In this document: positions 55,389-64,000 of the stretch, piece by piece
Layout: every line of letters starts with the position of its first letter
Numbering within the stretch: position 1 is the first letter of the stretch
NCBI RefSeq assembly: GCF_963921235.1
Contig: NC_086097.1
Span: forward strand, 136,836,001-136,900,000
Source of the DNA: Mobula hypostoma
Lineage: Eukaryota
DNA length: 64,000 nucleotides
Direction of reading: 5' to 3'
Made by a program: the position numbers and the translations under genes
The notes under the pieces: generated by a model
Told to the model about the DNA's origin: nothing
What the model saw: the letters and a program-made list of their open reading frames with translations, nothing else
Database searches by the model: none

Positions 55389-56387
55389 GGGAAGGTTTGC
55401 TAAGGCTATTGGGGAGAGTTTAAACTAGAATTGCTGGGGGGTGGGAACCGAACTGTAGTAATGGAGGAAAGGGAGGTTGACTCACAAGTAGGGAAAGCTT
55501 GGAGACAGTGCGAAAGGGAGGATAGGCAGGTGATAGAGAAGGGACGTGCTCAGTCTGATGGTTTGAGATGTGTCTATTTTAATGTGAGGAGTATCGGGAG
55601 TAAAGCAGATGAGCTTAGAGTGTGGATCAGCACTTGGAGCTATGATGTTGTGGCCATTGCAGAGACTTGGATGATGCAGGGACAGGAATGGCTACTTCAA
55701 GTGCCAGGCTTTAAATGTTTCAGAAAGGATAGGGATGGAGGCAAAAGGGGTGGGGTTGTGGCACTGTTGATCAGAGATAGTGTCACGGCTGCAGAAAAGG
55801 AGGAAGTCATGGAGGGGTTGTCTATGGAGTCTCTGTGGGTGGAAGTTAGGAATAGGAAGGGGTCAATAACTCTACTGGATGCTTTTTATAGACCACCCCA
55901 ATAGTAACAGGGACATCGAGGAGCAGATAGGGAGACAGATTCTGGAAAGGAGTAATAATAACAGGGTTGTTGTGGGAGATTTTTATTTCCCAAATATTGA
56001 TTGGCATCTCCCTGGAGTGAGGGGTTTAGATGGGGTAGAGTTTGCTAGGTGTGTTCAGGAAGGTTTCTTGACACAATATGTAGATACGCCTGCAAGAGGA
56101 AAGGCTGTACTTGATCTGGTATTGGGAAATGAACCTGGTCAGGTGTCAGGTCTCTCAGTGGGAGAGCATTTTGGAGATAGTGATCACAATTCTATCTCCT
56201 TTACCATAGCATTGGAGGGGGATAGGAACAGACAAGTTAAGGAAACGTTTAATTGGAGTAAGGCTATGAATGAGGCTATCAGGCAGGAACTTGGAAGCAT
56301 AAATTGGGAACAGATATTCTCAGGGAAACATGCGGAAGAAATGTAGCAAACATTCAGGGGATATTTGCGTGGAGTTCTGAGTAGGTA
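55389..56387 (+). mobile_element. CR1 LINE: ORF1 end and ORF2 endonuclease domain (short continuation at 57239-57303)
   Basis: CVYFNVRSI, VVAIAETW, FYRPP, GDF..P.IDW and GDSDHN motifs; one frameshift near 55900. Confidence 0.9.
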
Positions 56388-57238
<851 letters not shown>

Positions 57239-57485
57239 TTGTAGGGATGACTTGCAGTGGACTGAAAAGCTTGAGAATGTAGATATTAAGAAAGGGGATG
57301 TGCAACTTGGAGGGTAATTTCCAGGTGTTGATGTTCCCTACCCTTTTGCTGCCCTTGCCCTTCTAGCTGATGGAGGTTATAGGATTGGAAGGTACTGTCT
57401 AAGGCATCTAAACCCCAGACTAAATAACCATCTAAGCAAACTATCCTGTCAAACTCCGCAAGAATTTTCAATGTTTCAGTGAGAT

Positions 57486-57613
57486 TGTGGCGACCCACTT
57501 TCTAGCACCCACGAACCGGCGCCCACCGGCAGAGATGGCCTGGCGCCCTTTCTGGGGCCGGCCTCTCTGCCAGCGCGCGCCGGTTCGTGTGTGCTAGAAA
57601 GTGGGTCGCCACA
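57486..57613. mobile_element. 128-bp hairpin MITE-like element, TG..CA ends, 4-bp TSD AGAT
   Basis: The first 23 bp form a perfect inverted repeat and the arms extend about 54 bp. AGAT at 57482-57485 and 57614-57617. Confidence 0.88.
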
Positions 57614-57944
57614 AGATCTCCTCTCATTCTATTAAAATGAGAGAGTATACCCTGTTTGTTTTACTTCTCGGAGGTCAAAACCCCGTTCCCCACCTCCCTC
57701 CTACCATCACAGGATTCAGTCTGGTAAACTTATTTTGTGGTCAGTGGGGATGTTGCAGCGAAAATGATCTTTGTGTTTATCCAGCTTTTACCATTGTAGC
57801 AAAAGAAAAGAGAGAATATAAACACTATTTACAGTTGGTTCAATGTAGGCACCACCATGCTGACATTGACTCCTGGAATTTGGATGTGTTTACATGGATT
57901 TCTCCAGTTTTGTCTGCAAAATGGCAGTTCTAGTTTAAATGACA

Positions 57945-58060
57945 ATACTCCTGCCTCTGAGTCAAAAGTTATGGGTTCAAGTCTCACTGCTGACAGATCT
58001 GGGCTGTTATTTGTACTGACAGTCTGCTAATTTCTGGAGGAGATATTATCAAGGACCTCA
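57945..58060 (+). mobile_element. Old tRNA-derived (DeuSINE-like) SINE head remnant
   Basis: actcctgcctctgagtcaaaagttatgggttcaagtctcact contains a B-box-like GGTTCAAGT. Confidence 0.45.
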
Positions 58061-61000
58061 TTAGTTAGCTCAAGACGTGCTCCTTTTTCTCTGAATGTAC
58101 TATACTTAAAATTCCAGAAGGCATTTGATAAGGTGCCCTCTTAAAGTGACTGTAGAAGATAAATCCTTAAGACTTCTGTTCAAGATGGCACCTGCATACA
58201 ACACTCCTCCAATCAACATTTCCTAGATAGATCATGAAACCATATATTTCACTCCTTTTATGTCTTTTACATTTGTTTTTCTTCTTGGATGTGATTCTGG
58301 AAATGTTGGAACTTGTGATTTGCAGTTTGAAGGTCGTTTGGGTGTTCAAGCACTCTGCAGTCTCCAAGAGGATTCCAGGAGGCAGAGGCAGTGTGTGCAA
58401 ACCACATGGCAGACAGGTTGTGGGACGGGGCATAAGCCGCTGGTGGACTCCATTTTGCTGATTAAAGCTTCATTGTGCGCCAATTAAAGCGATGGGAGAG
58501 ATGGAAACACCGAGGCAAGTGCAGAGGGTGAGCACCGGCTACCTGTCTTTTAATGGCTCTGCAACAGAGAGCTCTGTTATGTGCCCAGAGAAAGTTGCCC
58601 AGGAAATGGACTTTGACCATAGACTTCTTTTTTCAGTCTTAGAGTTTATTATTTTCTGTGATTTTCACCCAGTCTTTCTTGTTTTTTTTATGCGCGGGGA
58701 GAGGAATTTGGGGGTCGACGTGCCCCTTCTATTTTGTTCATTTTTTATTGTGCAGAAGGAGGGATTTTGGGGACTAATGATCATGCTGTCCCCTGGTTAA
58801 GAGCATCCATCTTATGGACACCCCTACATATAAACAAGCTCCTCAAATGTTATTACAATTCAAAAGTCCAACATATGTTCATTCCTGCGAACAGCATAAA
58901 TTTCCTCTCTCCACTTTAAGTAATTGTTTGTTCTAATCAGTCTTGTATTCTCTTAATGCCATTCTTTACAGTACTGTCGAAGTGTGATTACTATATCAAG
59001 TGATTCTTGTATATATTTTGTGACTTATGGACACAATCAATTTGTATAAACATGTTTGCAAAAAGAAAACCCTTTTGTTACCAAGGGGTGGTCTGTAGAC
59101 ATTAATGGGTCTTTTTCTAATTAGCAAGATATTAATAACATATTTGACTTTTTACGTTTATATAAGTTATATAGATAAGACTTCTAAAGGCAGGGTTACT
59201 AGTCTTGCTGATGACACCAGAGTAGTTAGGAATAAGTGATAAAGAGGTACAAGGGGACGGTAAAGAAATATACTGTAGATCTATAGTCTAGTTTACTATA
59301 GTATCCAGGACCTCATCAAAGAACGGTGCCTCAGAAAGGCGGCGTCCAGCATTAAGGACATGCATTCTTCTCATTGTTTCCATCAGGAAGGAGGTACAGA
59401 CGCCTGTGGGCACACTCAACGATTCAGGAACAGCTTCTTCCCCTCTGCACATTTTTTCTCTATTATTGTGTATTGCGTTGTATTGCTGCCACAAAGTTAA
59501 CAAATTTCACAACGTATACCAGTGATATTAAAATCTAATTCTGATTCTGACTATAGATAGGTAAAGTGAATGAATGGGCAAATGAAGTAAAATATGAGAA
59601 AATGTGAAATTGTCTATTTTTTTTGGAGGAAATGTCTAAACGGTGCAAGATTAGTGTTTTCTAAGATACACCAACCTCAAGCACAGCTTCACGCCATACT
59701 ATGACTATGAACAGTCCCCTTGTGCAATAAGATGGACTGTTGACCTCACAATGTACTTCGTTATGGCCTTGGACTATATCATCTGCCTGCATTGCACTTT
59801 CTTTGTACAGTAATTGTAATACTGTAGTATACATTCTCTTCTTGTTTCCCTTGCACTACTTCAGTACATTGTTGTAAATAAATGATCTGCATGGGTGGCA
59901 TGTAAACAAATTTTTTCACTGTAAAAGGGATTTAAATGTCCTAATGCATGATTCACAAAAGGTTAGTATACAACTACAGTAGATACAATGCTATTATTTA
60001 TTACTGTGAAACTGAATACAAAAGTAGGAAGGTTTTGCTTCACATTCAGGGTACAGTTGGAGTTCTGTATATAGTTGGGCAAGATTAGATGAGTCCTGTA
60101 CCTTGATCAAAACACACAATCCTGAGAGGTTTTACCGGGGAAGATACAGTAGAGGTAGAAAAATTGTTGATGAGAAAGGAGTGAAAAGTAACTATGGGTA
60201 GATATGAATGCAAATTGAGATTCAATCAGAATAGCTGAGATCTAAATGGCAGAGCAGGCTTGAAGGCTATGCCTATTTTTAATTTGAATGTTCACATGCC
60301 TGTATATTGGAGAAAGGTTGGGAGTCCACCAACTGTGTGGTTAATATTTCCTTCCTATCAATGCTGCCTGACCTGCTAAATTCCTCCTGCATTTTGTGTG
60401 TGTTGCTCAGTATCACGTTCCCCTTTGCAGAGCTTCCTATGTCCACGGTTCAGGGCATTATAATAGTGGATACACTTCAAAAATGTTTTATTACCTGTAT
60501 GGCATTAGGATATCTTTTTTTTAAATGAGGAAGGGTCTGTGTTTCTTGTATTGGAACATAGAGAGCACAGTCTTAAACTGGCTGCCCGCTCAATAGAAAA
60601 TGAGAGGAGAGCTGGTAATTAAGGAACTGAATAGAGTGATTCACTCCATACCCAATACATATTTGGAATGAAATGTTTCCAGAGATAAAGGTTACTCTGT
60701 ACATTGCATCACTGATGAGCAATCCTCCCTCTAAGGTGTGCGTGCATCTTCTACTACTAGCACACAAAGGGTTTATACTGCGCTCAGAAGGTTGTCACAC
60801 TCTACCTCGTTGGCATGTCAAATATATTTCATGATCGTACACAGTCACTTTTCCTTTTCCGGTTTCTGATGTGGGCAATGTCAACAATGTGAAGTTTGCT
60901 ATAATTTGTCTGCAGATTTTAGAAATGGCTTATTTATGCTGTTTTTATTGAAGAAATTATTGATTCACTATGTCGAATTCCAAGGAAGCAAAGGTGTGAA

Positions 61001-62007
61001 GCACAAAAGAACTAGTTCATGTAAAGTGGAATGGCTTTTTGCGACTTTGCAAGTTGGTGGACATTGGCAGAACCTTTCCTGCACTAGAGCTCCCTGTGAA
61101 AAAGATTTTGGCTTAATGAATCAAATCAAAAACAAACTGAGAAACTGTTTAATTGATGCTGATGAGAATTCAAAGCTATCTGTTGGAAGGAGGGTTTATT
61201 AGTCTTGACAGAGTTTACAAAATATGGGTAAATGCCAAAGACAGGAGGGAGAAGAAATGGCTAAGCAACTTAAATATGTTCATTATCTTGTTCAACTTTA
61301 CATCTCTTATGGAACTAAGCTACAAAATCTGTTCTGTATGCAATGATTTCCAAATAAAATACCTATCTGAATATTTTATCAACTAGCTTTGTAATTTTAT
61401 ATTTTGACCATTTCAAACTACTTTAATAATATGTGAACAGATTGATACTATTACATGCTGTCGTATAGTATATGAGAACTAAGACTCATTGATGTATATT
61501 ATTTTATTTCTTTTAAGCAATGAACAACAAACCGGACTTGGTAGTTTATTATCCTTAGAATAGCTTCAGGTTTACTTCCATTTAAAAATGCTGTTCACAC
61601 ATGTTGTTGTCACTGGGCAATAAATTGCACAGCACAAGATTTTTGCACACACTGGTCATTACAAATTAGAGAGGACGTTGCTGATAAGATGGAGGACTAA
61701 AAATTTGTGCAAATTGTACAGTTGTACATCCAGCATCAAGTGGTTGAAAAGTTGTCACAGATACCAAATTGGAAAAAGAATTGGGGAAAAAAAAAGTTTT
61801 TAAATTATTTTTAAACAATATGCACATTGTTGTATATAAAGATTGGGACCTTCAGAAATAATTAAGGTAGAAACTTTTATATCCTAAAGTTTTTAAAAGC
61901 ACAAATGGTTTGAACTATCTATATCTGAATACATTATTGCACACTATTTTTAGGGTTGCTAACCCTGATTTGGCTTAATAAAATAATTTAAAAACTCAAT
62001 TGACCAT

Positions 62008-63171
62008 CAATAGACAATAGACAATAGGTGCAGGAGTAGGCCATTTGGCCCTTCGAGCCAGTACCGCCATTCACTGTGATCATGGCTGTTCATCCACAGT
62101 CAGTATCCAGTTCCTGCCTTATCCCCATAACCTTTGATTCCGCTGTCTTTAAGAGCCCTATCCATCTCTTTCTTGAAAGCATCCAGAGACTTGGCCTCCA
62201 CAGCCTTCTGGGGCAGAGCATTCCATATATCCACCACTCTCTGGGTGAAAAAGTTTTTCCTCAACTCCGTTCTAAATGGCCTACCCCTTATTCTTAAACT
62301 GTGGCCTCTGGTTCTGGACTCACCCATCAGCGGGAACATGATTCCTGCCTCCAGCGTGTCCAATCCCTTAATATCTTATATGTTTCAATAGGATCCCCTC
62401 TCAGCCTTCTAAATCCCAGAGTATACAAGTCCAGTCACTCCAATCTTTCGACATATGACAGTCCCACCATCCCGAGAATTAACCTTGTGAATCTACGCTG
62501 CACTCCCTCAATAGCAAGAATGTCCTTCCTCAAATTTGGAGACCAAAACTGCACACAGTACTCCAGGTGTGGTCTCACCAGGGCCCTGTACAGCTGCAGA
62601 AGGACCTCTTTGCTCTTATATTCAATTCCCCTTGTTATGAAGGCCAGCATGCCATTAGCTTTCTTCACTGCCTGTTGTACTTGCATGCTTGCTTTCAGTG
62701 ACTGATGTACAAGAACACCTAGATCTCATTGTGCTTCCCCTTTTCCTATCTTGACTCCATTTAGATAATAATCTGCCTTCCCATTCTTACCACCAAAGTG
62801 GACAACCTCACATTTATCCACATTAAACTGCATCTGCCCACTCACCCAGCCTGTCCAAGTCACCCTGTATTCTCATAACATCCTCCTCACATTTCACACT
62901 GCCACCCAGCTTTGTGTCATCGGCAAATTTGCTAATGTTACTTTTAATTCCCTCATCTAAATCATTAATATATATTGTAAACAGCTGCGGTCCCAGCACT
63001 GAACCCTGCAGTACCCCACTGGTCACCGCCTGCCATTCCGAAAGGGACGCGTTAATCGCTACTCTTTGTTTTCTGTCAGCCAGCCAATTTTCAATCCATG
63101 TCAGTACTCTGCCCCCAATACCATGTGCCCTAATTTTGCCCACTAATCTCCTATGTGGGACTTTATCAAAG
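62008..63171 (-). mobile_element. Young CR1 LINE 3' portion (RT C-half plus 3' UTR and tail)
   Basis: SGVLQGSVLGP, KFADDTK and LVRPHLEYCVQFWSP motifs; (TCTATTG)n tail; few disruptions. Confidence 0.93.
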
Positions 63172-64000
63172 GAGTGACCATAATATGGTGGAATTCTTCA
63201 TTAACATGGAGAGTGACGTAGTTAATTCAGAAACAAAGGTTCTGAACTTAAAGAGGGGTAACTTTGAAGGTATGAGACATGAATTAGCTAAGCTAGACTG
63301 GCAAATGACACTTCAAGGATTGACGGTGGATATGCAATGGCAGGCATTTAAAGGTTGCATGGATGAACTACAACAATTGTTCATCCCAGTTTGGCAAAAG
63401 AATAAATCAAGGAAGGTAGTGCACCCGTGGCTGACAAGAGAAATTAGGGATAGTATCAATTCCAAAGAAGTAGCATACAAATTAGCCAGAGAAAGTGGCT
63501 CACCTGAGGACTGGGAGAAATTCAGAGTTCAGCAGAGGAGGACAAAGGGCTTAATTAGGAAGGGGAAAAAAGATTATGAGAGAAAACTGGCAGAGAACAT
63601 AAAAACGGACTGTAAAAGCTTTTATAGATATGTAAAAAGGAAAAGACTGATAAAGACAAATGTAGGTCCCCTGCAAACAGAAACAGGTGAATTGATTATG
63701 GGGAGCAAGGACATGGCAGACCAATTGAATAATTACTTTGGTTCTGTCTTCACTAAGGAGGACATAAATAATCTTCCAGAAATAGTAAGGGACAGAGGGT
63801 CCAGTGAGATGGAGGAACTGAGCGAAATACATGTTAGTAGGGAAGTGGTGTTAGGTAAATTGAAGGGATTGAAGGCAGATAAATCCCCAGGGCCAGATGG
63901 TCTGCATCCCAGAGTGCTTAAGGAAGTGGCCCAAGAAATAGTGGATGCATTAGTGATAATTTTTCAAAACTCGTTAGATTCTGGACTAGTTCCTGAGGAT
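63172..64000 (+). mobile_element. Young CR1 ORF2 segment (endonuclease end to pre-RT), inverted relative to the adjacent 3' part
   Basis: Reads SDHNMVEF...KSFYRYVK...KSPGPDGLHPRVLKE...VPED to the window edge. Confidence 0.9.

Overview
This is vertebrate genomic DNA, not prokaryotic. The repeat content (CR1, Rex1/Babar, HE1-like V-SINEs, Penelope-derived short repeats) points to a cartilaginous fish, probably a ray (inference). The only host gene I can support is MRPL13 (mitochondrial ribosomal protein uL13m) on the + strand. Four internal coding exons have canonical AG/GT boundaries and compatible phases (11910-12003, 12349-12409, 20966-21052, 30013-30134). The first exons appear to lie upstream of the window, and the short last exon could not be placed with certainty. 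The rest is intronic or intergenic DNA full of decayed retroelements (CR1, Rex1/Babar, L2, RTE, Penelope-like), one 2-kb LTR-type insertion with a 5-bp TSD and internal satellites, a rearranged Tc1 element and small MITEs. Most ORFs in the track are TE remnants or spurious. The most notable signals are: (1) a dispersed family of Penelope-derived elements with minimal hammerhead-ribozyme cores, often as head-to-head palindromes; (2) a young 128-bp TG..CA hairpin element with a 4-bp TSD; (3) a CR1 with twin-priming-type inversion geometry; (4) an 80-bp locally templated inverted insertion. I see no convincing evidence for a wholly new protein-coding system. Repeat family names come from motif recognition, not database searches, and TE boundaries are approximate unless a TSD is given.
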